64,000 nt of DNA, from assembly GCA_965205565.1 (NCBI GenBank), contig CBDBID010000037.1, positions 22,547 to 86,546 on the forward strand, given 5' to 3'. The DNA is from Acidobacteriota bacterium (GTDB taxonomy: Bacteria > Acidobacteriota > UBA6911 > RPQK01 > CBDBID01). The translations under genes and the position numbers were made by a program. Below are positions 9,347 to 17,838 of the stretch, in pieces; the first letter of the stretch is position 1, and each line of letters starts with the position of its first letter. Below the pieces are notes generated by a model that had not been told where the DNA came from, searched no databases, and was given only the letters and a program-made list of their open reading frames with translations.

Positions 9347-11272
9347 TCAGCGGTCTCTTTTAGAAAGCAGCTTATTCAGATTGACCAACTTGAGACGAAC
9401 CTTCTTCCGCTCGTCGGCTTCCTTTGAAAAGGACACCGATTGCTCGTAGTGCTCTCGAGCTTCCTCGTACTGGCCCAATTTGTAGTAGACGTCGCCCAAG
9501 TGCTCGTGGATGGTGGCGTCGGCATCATTGAGCCGTACCGCCTGACGAAGGTATCGCTCGGCCAGCGCCAGATGATCCAACTTGAAGTAGGCCCACCCCA
9601 AGCTGTCCAGGTAGGCGCCATTGTACGGGTCGAGTTCAACCGCTTTTTTGATGTGAACCAGAGCTTCCTGCAACCGCACTCCCTGTTCGGCCAGCATGTA
9701 ACCCAAGTAGTTCAGTGCGCCAGCGTGTGCCGGGTCGTCCCCGAGAATCGCCTGAAATTGGGTCTCCGCTTCCGCGAATTTCTCCTGGCGCTCGTAGACG
9801 GCTCCCAGCTGAAACCGCATGGCCTCGCTGGAGGATTCTGTTTGAAGTCCTTTCTGGACCATTTTCTGAGCCAGTTCGTACTTCTTGTGTTCGACGTAAA
9901 GTTGGCTGGCCTGGAGGTAATAGGGTTCCGTCTCGGCGTTTCCCTCAATCGTTTTCTCCAGTAGCTGGATGGCCGAATCTAACCGATCGGCCTCGGAAAG
10001 AACTTGCGCTCGCGCCAGGATAGCATACTGATCCTCGGGGCGATCCCGCAGCAGTTCCCCGCTCAGCTTGACGGCTTCATCCGTCCTGCCCCCGTCCCGC
10101 AGAGCATGGACCAAACGCAGGCGTGCAAACGGATTCTGGGGGGATTTGGCGCTAAGCTCGCGAAAGATGGCCGTCGCTTTGTCGTATTGTCGGGTCTGCT
10201 GATAAAGAAGGCCCAACTGGGTTTGAAGGTGCTCGCGATGACGCGACGAGGAATCCATTTCGAGGAGCTCGAGAAACTTCTCGATAGCCTGATGTCGGTC
10301 GCCAAGCTCGGAGAGCGTACGGGCCAGTTCGTAGTTGGCCTCCATGTTTTCAGGCTCATCCTCAAGAATCGCCTTCACAAGTTCAGCCGCATCCGAATAC
10401 TTCTTCGCCCCCATCAGGGCCCGACCCAATTCGAGGCGGATCTCCACATTTTGAGGACGGCGGGCGGCCAGATCCTCTAAAAGGGGGATGGCTTCGGAGT
10501 AGCGACCTTCCGTGGCCAGCAGAAAGGCGACGCGGCGTCCAATCTCTGGGGCGGGACTCTCTTGAAGCGCCCGCTGGTAAGTCTCCAGCGCTTTGCCGCT
10601 TTGGTTGGTTCGTTCGTAGAGGCTACCCAGCAACTTTAAATTCTCGACATCAATGCGAAAGCCGAGAGACTTTTCCAGTGTACTCAGGGCCTGGTCGATC
10701 TGGCTCAGCTCTGTTTGGGCAAACGCCTTGAAGTAGTAGCCACGCGGATCTACAGGCTGGAGAGAGCTGAATCGCGTGAAAGTGTCCACGGCCTTGCCGT
10801 AGCTTTTCTGTACCAGGTAGAGACGGCCCAGGTAGTAGAGGGCCTGGAAATACTCCGGTGACAGCTCTATGACCCGTTCGAATTCGCTGATGGCCTTTTC
10901 CACCAGAGACTCCTCCCGACCCTGGCGATAGTTGAAGTGGATCTGACCCAAGAGGTAGTGGGGCTCGGGATCCTGAGGGTCCAGCTCTACAACCCGGTGA
11001 CATTCTTCCCTGGCCCGGTTGATTTCGCCAGCCCGGATCAAGGTGTTTGCGAACTCAACCCGGAGGTCAGCGCTCTCGGGGTCCAGCTCGATGGCTTTTT
11101 CGAAGCGCGCAATGGCTTCTGAGAACTCCTGGCCGATCTCATGCATCTTGGCCAGGGTGAAGTGGTAATAAGCCCCCGCCAGGTTCGTGTCTTGGGCAGC
11201 CACCTTCCCGCATAGAATCGATGCCAGAGCGAAGATGGCACAAGTAGACTTCATGGGTTTATTATGACACAT
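9347..11272 (-). CDS. Exported tetratricopeptide-repeat protein
   Basis: Signal peptide, tandem TPRs, C-terminal ALNYLGY...YLDSLGW...EHLGD typical of the TPR gene upstream of ispE. Confidence 0.88.
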   Translation of the reverse strand: MCHNKPMKSTCAIFALASILCGKVAAQDTNLAGAYYHFTLAKMHEIGQEFSEAIARFEKAIELDPESADLRVEFANTLIRAGEINRAREECHRVVELDPQDPEPHYLLGQIHFNYRQGREESLVEKAISEFERVIELSPEYFQALYYLGRLYLVQKSYGKAVDTFTRFSSLQPVDPRGYYFKAFAQTELSQIDQALSTLEKSLGFRIDVENLKLLGSLYERTNQSGKALETYQRALQESPAPEIGRRVAFLLATEGRYSEAIPLLEDLAARRPQNVEIRLELGRALMGAKKYSDAAELVKAILEDEPENMEANYELARTLSELGDRHQAIEKFLELLEMDSSSRHREHLQTQLGLLYQQTRQYDKATAIFRELSAKSPQNPFARLRLVHALRDGGRTDEAVKLSGELLRDRPEDQYAILARAQVLSEADRLDSAIQLLEKTIEGNAETEPYYLQASQLYVEHKKYELAQKMVQKGLQTESSSEAMRFQLGAVYERQEKFAEAETQFQAILGDDPAHAGALNYLGYMLAEQGVRLQEALVHIKKAVELDPYNGAYLDSLGWAYFKLDHLALAERYLRQAVRLNDADATIHEHLGDVYYKLGQYEEAREHYEQSVSFSKEADERKKVRLKLVNLNKLLSKRDR

Positions 11273-11337
11273 TCAGCCGGCGCCTCACTAGCTGCAAGGA
11301 TGGGCCGTATGCGCCCGGACGCCGCTGCCGTGGGCTT

Positions 11338-14073
11338 TCAGAAAGCCCCTCCCTTGGCGGGATCAACAACCTGGACGGGAATTGCAGAGAGATACTCCAG
11401 CTGATTCTGGTACAGAAGCTCGAGGGCGACGACTTCCCGGTCGGACGAAAACCGCGCCACGCCGCCCACAAAGGCGGGAAGCGCCGGAAAGAACTCGTGT
11501 AAACCCTGGATCTCCCGATGGTTGGGGGGCAGTGTCAAGGTCCGACTGGCCATGAGCTGAGCGTCCGCTCCGAAGACTTCCAGCTGGATGTCCGCACTTT
11601 CCGAATCGGAGTTGATGACCGCCAGCCCGGTGGACACGTTCTGCTGGTTGGCGATGTAGGGGAACAGGAAGTCACGGTTGGCCCCTTGCAGGGGCACCGT
11701 GGTCATCGCTCTCCCCGAACTGACCTCAACCGTTCCGAGGAGACCGGCCCGATCCGTCTCAATGATGATCCAACCACTCACAAGCCCACCAGGGTCGGCC
11801 AGATCGAAGAGTTCTCGCACGCTCCGCCTGAGGCCCTGTTTCGGATCCAGGGAGAGGGAGATGGTTGCCGGGTCCGCCAAATTCTGCCCCTGGTTGCCTT
11901 TCAGAGTGAGGTTGGCCGTGAGCGTTTCCGAACCCATATGAATCAACGTGAGTTGGGTCTGAGATCCCCCGAATGCGACCACCTGGGGTGCGAAGAGGCG
12001 GGTGGCCTGATAGCTTTCCGGACGGACCGGGAAGGCCGCTACGGCTGCCAGTCTCTCTTGATCGAAGTAGCGCACCACACCGAACAGGGGAGCGCTGCCT
12101 TCCGCCACCAGATACCCCCCTTCAAAATTCTCCAATACTTCGGTCGGGAAAATGTCTTTTACCAGGGCGATCATCAGCACGTTGGAAAACAGCGTTCTGC
12201 GCTGTTCGTCGACATCGTTGCCCTGGAAGTCGACCAGTTTGAGGGTGATGTTGTTGACTCCAATGTTAGGGTTCAAGAGCGCCAGTTCGGTTTCAAATCC
12301 ATCAGTGATCCTGACCTCTGAGATGACCACCTCGGGTACCCCCTGCCGCCCTCCGGCAAAACCATCGAGGCGGCGAAGCTTTCGATCCCCCATCAGGAAC
12401 GCACCGATCAGGTTCCACTGGTCGCTGGCGAATTCCAGCCAACCTTGCAGCGTCTCTCCCGGAGGCGGGTTGGTCAGCTGTCCAAAGGTGAAGATGGCCT
12501 GTTCACCGGGCCCTAATTGGCAATCCCCGTCCACCTCCTGAAGAACACCCCGGCAGATCCGCACTGGATTGGTGATGGAAGGATTCTCGGGATCCTTATC
12601 TCGAAACAACACACTGGTCCGATCTCTTCCAGTGGCAATGATCCCAGCCGGTTGATCGGAGGTATTGGTCACAGCGATTCCTGTGAACCAGGTGCTGGTC
12701 GCCAGGGCCAGAGGCAGGAAGGAGGTCTGGGTTTCTACCAGTAACTCAACCGTATTGGCGTTGAAATGTACCGCCGTCAAGGTCTTCCCATCTGGCGTGA
12801 TGGCCAGATCCAGAGGAGCCGAAGACACCTGGACCGGAACATTGGACACCTCACGTTCCACCACTCCTCCGATCAGTACGACACGATCGACCTGTCCCGT
12901 TTTCCAGTTGATGGTCACGATGGCATCATCCAGGGGAGCCGCCACAAACATCAACTCTTGATGAAGTGAGAAAACCGGGCGAGTCGACGGTTTGAAATCG
13001 GACTGGGGTGGAACCGCGAATTGCACCTCACGCGTGGCAACGTCGATCAAGTTAATTTTGAACGCGCTGACCAAAGCGAAAGTGGATCCGTCCGGAGAGA
13101 GGCTGCACACACCCGCTCCTCCGCCCACGGCCAGGATCTCTTCGACCTCACCGCTTTCTACGTTGAAGAAAAGGGCATGGTCATCGACCACGCCGGGAAT
13201 ATTGAGAAGCGCGCTGAACTCCTGGTCGCCAATCAGACCATATTTGCCGTCGGCAGAAAGCGCCACGTTGTTAACGGCCCGAAAATCATGGGAAGGGCTG
13301 TTCAGCTCCGCCTCGGGGACGATGCTCCGCCGAAGCGTAAAGCTGGCTGCGTCGATGATCTCTACGGAATCCGGTGTCTCCCGGGCAGCCAAGGTGGTCG
13401 ATCCCACCAGAACAGCCGCAAAAAATGAGCCATCCTGGGCCATGCTAATGGACGAGGGGCGGGTACCGGTTTCGAAATCGATACGAGGAAGGACCTCCGT
13501 GGCGCTGCCCAGGTCGAAGCGCAGAATCTGATCGGTGCCCGCAGAGCCGATGAAGCCGAACACCCGATCTCCTTGCTGCGAAAAAGCGATGTTGTTGGCC
13601 AGGGAGAAGAAGACCTCCTCCAATTCCATGCGGCGGACCGCCAGAGTCTCGATGTCGATCAGTGAGATGGAGCCGATCCGCTCTCTGACGAAGCCCGTCT
13701 CCGTGTCCGGAATGTTCGCCTCCAGGGAAAGGGATGCGACGGCCACCTCTCGTTGGTCCGGAGTAACGGTGAGTTGGCCGGGATTGGCTCCCACCGGCAC
13801 GAGGGCGATGAGTTGACCCGTCTTGGGATTGAAAACTCCCACCCTGTCGGAACCGGAAAAACTCACAAAAGCTCTGGTTGAGTCGGGAGAGAAGACCACA
13901 TTCGGGGAGAAATTCAGATCCGCTTGGTCCACCTGTCGAACCGGGCGGTCATTGACGTCGAAGATCAGACCTGGCTCGACGCCCTGGGGATCAAAGACCC
14001 CGACAAGGCGCTGAGCCCAGACCGGCACAACAAAGGAGCAGGCGACCGCAAAAACTAGGAGGCGAATCCGCAT
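11338..14073 (-). CDS. Secreted YncE-like beta-propeller protein with repeated C-terminal beta-sandwich domains
   Basis: Signal peptide; FSPD/VTPD/LSADG/LSPDG/ITPDG blade repeats; repeated TG.A..N / TEL.L.N modules. Confidence 0.7.
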   Translation of the reverse strand: MRIRLLVFAVACSFVVPVWAQRLVGVFDPQGVEPGLIFDVNDRPVRQVDQADLNFSPNVVFSPDSTRAFVSFSGSDRVGVFNPKTGQLIALVPVGANPGQLTVTPDQREVAVASLSLEANIPDTETGFVRERIGSISLIDIETLAVRRMELEEVFFSLANNIAFSQQGDRVFGFIGSAGTDQILRFDLGSATEVLPRIDFETGTRPSSISMAQDGSFFAAVLVGSTTLAARETPDSVEIIDAASFTLRRSIVPEAELNSPSHDFRAVNNVALSADGKYGLIGDQEFSALLNIPGVVDDHALFFNVESGEVEEILAVGGGAGVCSLSPDGSTFALVSAFKINLIDVATREVQFAVPPQSDFKPSTRPVFSLHQELMFVAAPLDDAIVTINWKTGQVDRVVLIGGVVEREVSNVPVQVSSAPLDLAITPDGKTLTAVHFNANTVELLVETQTSFLPLALATSTWFTGIAVTNTSDQPAGIIATGRDRTSVLFRDKDPENPSITNPVRICRGVLQEVDGDCQLGPGEQAIFTFGQLTNPPPGETLQGWLEFASDQWNLIGAFLMGDRKLRRLDGFAGGRQGVPEVVISEVRITDGFETELALLNPNIGVNNITLKLVDFQGNDVDEQRRTLFSNVLMIALVKDIFPTEVLENFEGGYLVAEGSAPLFGVVRYFDQERLAAVAAFPVRPESYQATRLFAPQVVAFGGSQTQLTLIHMGSETLTANLTLKGNQGQNLADPATISLSLDPKQGLRRSVRELFDLADPGGLVSGWIIIETDRAGLLGTVEVSSGRAMTTVPLQGANRDFLFPYIANQQNVSTGLAVINSDSESADIQLEVFGADAQLMASRTLTLPPNHREIQGLHEFFPALPAFVGGVARFSSDREVVALELLYQNQLEYLSAIPVQVVDPAKGGAF

Positions 14074-14189
14074 TTTTTGTCAGATTATCGTTCCGGTTAT
14101 CAGTTGAGAACGACCGGCCCAGTGAGTTAGCTCATGGCTGAGTTGCAGATCAACAGGCAGCGGATCATCTCCATGACCAGATGCTCCGT

Positions 14190-14510
14190 CTAGGGGCTCT
14201 GATCCGCAAGGTCGGGGGAGGAGCGGCTGGCGGCGCTTTCAACCTGCACCCTATTGATCAGAGGGCAACCCCAAAGGTCGTTGACGCTGCGAACCAACCT
14301 TTCCCTCAATCGCCCGACTTCCCGGCCCCACGCTTCCGAGTCAGCCACCACCACCAACATGCCGTCCTGAAGGCGACGGGGTTTCACTTTCGCCGCCATC
14401 CTTTCGCCCACGATCTGTGGCCACAGCTCCTCCAGAAAAATCAGGCCGACTTCCTCGCCTTGAGCATACTGAGATAGAAAGGTGGAGATGTGGGCGCCGA
14501 AGGTTCGCAT
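14190..14510 (-). CDS. DUF721/DciA-family helicase-loader protein
   Basis: W.QIVGE.MA..V.P..L.DG.L.V...S.AW..E pattern, 106 aa. Confidence 0.75.
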   Translation of the reverse strand: MRTFGAHISTFLSQYAQGEEVGLIFLEELWPQIVGERMAAKVKPRRLQDGMLVVVADSEAWGREVGRLRERLVRSVNDLWGCPLINRVQVESAASRSSPDLADQSP

Positions 14511-14513
14511 TCC

Positions 14514-15419
14514 TTATCGCAGGCGCTCGGCTAGCTCCATTTGGCGGCGCAAGATTTTCGGGTCTTCCGCCACGTCCTTGAGTTCAATCGTGTCCGTCGC
14601 CGTTGAAGCGATGCGCCCCTCGGCATTCAATTCCAAGACCAATTTTCCCAAATGGCCACCCTGCTCGATAGCGGAGACGATGACGGCCTGGTTGACTCGC
14701 CGCGGTGGCTCCGGAAGAAACGTTTTCTCCGCCAGAAGGATGGCGCGGATCTCGGGATGATCCAGGGCCAAGGAAGCCGCTTCGTGGCGACTCAAATCCG
14801 CCAAAATCACCAGAAAGTCCGCCCCCTTCATCACTTCCGGTTTGATTTTCCGGATTGTCTCGGCGGGATTGAGCGCGCGAAAGCCAGAATTCGGTTTCAC
14901 CCGGAGCGGGTCGCTGAGAGCCAGGAAACTCACGCGCACGGGTTGCTGCCGGGATGCGGTCCCGGTCAATTCGACGGTCGCAAATCGGGGGGGGACGGGA
15001 AGCCCTCGCGGGGGGCGTAAATTCGTTGAAATCACCCAGGTTTTACCCAGCTGCGCCCGGGACAACGTCTTCCAGAAAAAGAGGTCCTCGCTCGCCAGAT
15101 TTAGGATGTCCACGGGCACCGCTGGCAGCGTTTCCAGCATCAGTTCGTTAATGACCCGAGAGTCCGGACCCACGGGTTTGAAGTAGTTCCCCAAATCCAC
15201 GTGAATCACCCTGCCGGCTTCCTGCCTCCGGTAGTTCTGGATAAAACCGGCTCGGCGAGCCAAGCCTCCCGCGGGCCCCGCCTTGCAACCGCAAGGTTCG
15301 AAGTTGCCCTGAACGAAGCCCGTGAAGAAGATGGTGAGACGGTCGGATCCTTCATCACCTCCAATGAGCGGGGGTGTCAACAGCAACCAGCACAGCATCC
15401 ATCCTGAAAAACGACCCAT
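14514..15419 (-). CDS. UshA/5'-nucleotidase-like exported protein (CGC-motif family)
   Basis: Signal peptide, G..EPCGC....GGLARR, VD.GN, G..LG.L.L. Confidence 0.65.
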   Translation of the reverse strand: MGRFSGWMLCWLLLTPPLIGGDEGSDRLTIFFTGFVQGNFEPCGCKAGPAGGLARRAGFIQNYRRQEAGRVIHVDLGNYFKPVGPDSRVINELMLETLPAVPVDILNLASEDLFFWKTLSRAQLGKTWVISTNLRPPRGLPVPPRFATVELTGTASRQQPVRVSFLALSDPLRVKPNSGFRALNPAETIRKIKPEVMKGADFLVILADLSRHEAASLALDHPEIRAILLAEKTFLPEPPRRVNQAVIVSAIEQGGHLGKLVLELNAEGRIASTATDTIELKDVAEDPKILRRQMELAERLR

Positions 15420-15496
15420 AAAACGATCATTCTAGACCAATCGGGCAACCCAGTGCAAAGTCTCCTCGGAGGCGAGTCGGGATGAGGTTGGGACCC

Positions 15497-15526
15497 TTGA
15501 CAAGGGAGCCGAGCTTACCGTAGATA
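15497..15526 (+). promoter_or_regulatory. Sigma70-type promoter for the HNH gene
   Basis: TTGACA-N18-TAGATA just upstream of ATG 15544. Confidence 0.45.
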
Positions 15527-15543
15527 CTGAACACAATCGACTT

Positions 15544-16080
15544 ATGGAGCACACCCTCGTTCTGAACGCAACGTATGAGCCCCTGCAAGTGGTCTCCTGG
15601 AAACGAGCGGTCCGGATGCTGTTTCAGGAAAAAGCGGAGGTCGTCGCTGAATATGAGCGCGAGATCCGCAGTGTTTCCCTGACCGTCCGACTCCCTTCTG
15701 TGCTGCGTCTTCGTCATTACGCGTCGATCAGGCGCATCCACCAACGAGTGAAGTTCACACGGGCCAATATCTACATCCGCGACCAACATAGCTGCCAGTA
15801 CTGTGGATCCCCCTCCCCGCCGGAGCAGCTCACCTACGATCACGTGATTCCTGTGGCGCGGGGGGGACTGAAGAGCTGGGAGAACATTGTCACCTGTTGC
15901 ATTCGGTGCAACCGTCTAAAGGGAAACCACCTGCCGGAAGAGGTGGGCCTTCGACTGTTGCGCAAACCGAAAGCACCAAACGGTTTCCCCCACAAGATTC
16001 AGTTCCTGTTGAGCCGGAAACGGACTCCGGAAAGCTGGAAGAACTACATCTTCTGGAATCTACAAGTCCATCTTGACTGA
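15544..16080 (+). CDS. HNH endonuclease (McrA-like, TLVLNA type)
   Basis: TLVLNATYEPL, PSVLRL, RD..CQYCG, DHVIP.ARGG..SWENIVTCC..CN..KG. Confidence 0.9.
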   Translation: MEHTLVLNATYEPLQVVSWKRAVRMLFQEKAEVVAEYEREIRSVSLTVRLPSVLRLRHYASIRRIHQRVKFTRANIYIRDQHSCQYCGSPSPPEQLTYDHVIPVARGGLKSWENIVTCCIRCNRLKGNHLPEEVGLRLLRKPKAPNGFPHKIQFLLSRKRTPESWKNYIFWNLQVHLD

Positions 16081-16753
16081 CACCCTGGCCATTTTCGCCC
16101 GTTACCCCCGCCTCGCTCAGGTGAAAACTCGGCTGCTGCCCGTGCTGGGCGAGCGGCGCTGCCTCCAGCTGCACTGGGCCCTGCTGCTGGATACGCTGGA
16201 CAGAACGGCTTCGCTGGATCTGACCCGGCTTCTCTACGTGGCGGACTGCTCGGAAGGCGAGCGCATCGATTTCTCCAGGAACCATCTCGAAGCGCACGCA
16301 ATCGAAGTTCGAAGGCAGCGGGGAGCGGATTTGGGAGAGCGCCTCTGGAATGCTTATGGGGAGCTTTCCGGAGAAAAACCCAGGGTCTTGTTCATCGGCA
16401 TCGACAGCCCCACTTTGCCTTTGCGCATTCTTCGACAGGCGCGGCGCCAACTCTGCCGACACGCCGTGGTTGTCGGGCCCTGTCGGGACGGAGGCTATTA
16501 CATGATGGGAGTATCCGAGCCCCGGGCCGAACTTTTTCAGGGCATCGATTGGGGCAGCCCCCGGGTGCTTCGCCAGACTCTGGATCGGCTCCACAAGACG
16601 AGCCACTTCCTTCTCCCGACCTGGCACGACGTTGACACTTGGCAGGACCTGTTGAACCTCAAACTGGAGCTGCGTAGCGCACCCGAGCCGCTGCCGGTCC
16701 GGACCCGCGATCTCCTCGACAGCCCGGACTTCTTACCATCGGCGGAGGGCTGA
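16073..16753 (+). CDS. DUF2064/TIGR04282-family glycosyltransferase-like protein
   Basis: FARYP...VKTRL, Q.G.DLGER, IG.D.P, GP..DGGYY, W.DVDT..DL. Confidence 0.85.
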   Translation: MTDTLAIFARYPRLAQVKTRLLPVLGERRCLQLHWALLLDTLDRTASLDLTRLLYVADCSEGERIDFSRNHLEAHAIEVRRQRGADLGERLWNAYGELSGEKPRVLFIGIDSPTLPLRILRQARRQLCRHAVVVGPCRDGGYYMMGVSEPRAELFQGIDWGSPRVLRQTLDRLHKTSHFLLPTWHDVDTWQDLLNLKLELRSAPEPLPVRTRDLLDSPDFLPSAEG

Positions 16754-16886
16754 TACTTTTAGAGAGGGTTCCCATCTTAGATCACAGGAGAACGAACAGG
16801 GGCCGGCATCGGAGTTGACGGCGTGGACCCGGGTTTTTTAGGATATCAAGTAGTAGAGACAAACGAGGCGAGCACATCAGTTACTG

Positions 16887-17750
16887 ATGCCTGAGCAGCG
16901 TATCGGCCTTTTCTCAAAGCTTCGCGCCTCTCTGGAGGCGTTCCTAGCGATGCGGGTGACACAGGCCGAGCGTTTGCAGTACGCTGCAGATCCCTTCAAT
17001 GTTTTCTCGGACGAGCTGTCGGGACGAAAGCCTCTATGGGTGGCTGCGGCACTGGCCCTGCTTTTCCACATTCTTCTTTTTCTGATGGTCTTCCCTTCTT
17101 TTGGACCTGAGGTTTTCATTCCGGCCCAGGAAATCCTGATGCTCAAGCAACTGGCCAAGCCGACAGCCCTGGCCGGTGGAGGCGACATCGTCGAGGCGGC
17201 TCCCCCGAAACCAACCGTCCCCAAGCCGGAACGGCCGGTGGTTCCGATCCCCGACCCGACGCCCAACGCCCCGGAGCCAATCCTCAAGAAGGAGATCACA
17301 GAAGTCCCCGAGCTGGTTAAAGAGATTGCGGATTTGAACATTGGGGACATCAACGCTCCGCCCGGACCGGCGGGCCGCGGCGGACGAGGCCGCCGTTCAG
17401 CCGGTCAGGGTAGCGGTCCCTTGCAGGGCTCCGGACCGGCGACCGGCGACGGGAGCGGCGTCTACACTCTGGGTAGCGGTATCTCTAACCCAGTCCCCTT
17501 GCAAAAGACCACGCCCAGCTACACGGATGCCGCCATCAAGGCAAAGGTACAGGGAGTGATTATTCTTCAGGCCATTATCCGGCGCAATGGGCGCGTGGAC
17601 AACTTCAAGGTCTTGAGAGGATTGGGCTATGGCCTGGAGGAAAAGGCGATCCAGGAAATCGCCACCAACTGGAGATTCCGGCCGGGAACTTTGAACGGCA
17701 AGCCGGTCGATGTGCTGGCTACCATCGAAGTCCAGTTCAATCTCCGCTAG
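16887..17750 (+). CDS. Energy transducer TonB-family protein
   Basis: TM anchor, Pro/Gly-rich linker, C-terminal P.YT.AA.KAKVQG.I.L, LGYGL.EKA, WRFRPG..NG.PV. Confidence 0.9.
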   Translation: MPEQRIGLFSKLRASLEAFLAMRVTQAERLQYAADPFNVFSDELSGRKPLWVAAALALLFHILLFLMVFPSFGPEVFIPAQEILMLKQLAKPTALAGGGDIVEAAPPKPTVPKPERPVVPIPDPTPNAPEPILKKEITEVPELVKEIADLNIGDINAPPGPAGRGGRGRRSAGQGSGPLQGSGPATGDGSGVYTLGSGISNPVPLQKTTPSYTDAAIKAKVQGVIILQAIIRRNGRVDNFKVLRGLGYGLEEKAIQEIATNWRFRPGTLNGKPVDVLATIEVQFNLR

Positions 17751-17838
17751 GCGCCGGGCCCGCCCACATCTCTTCCATCCGCCAGCACAGGCTCGAACAG
17801 GCCATGTCAAGTGAACTGCACCGGAGGTTGATTCTTTT

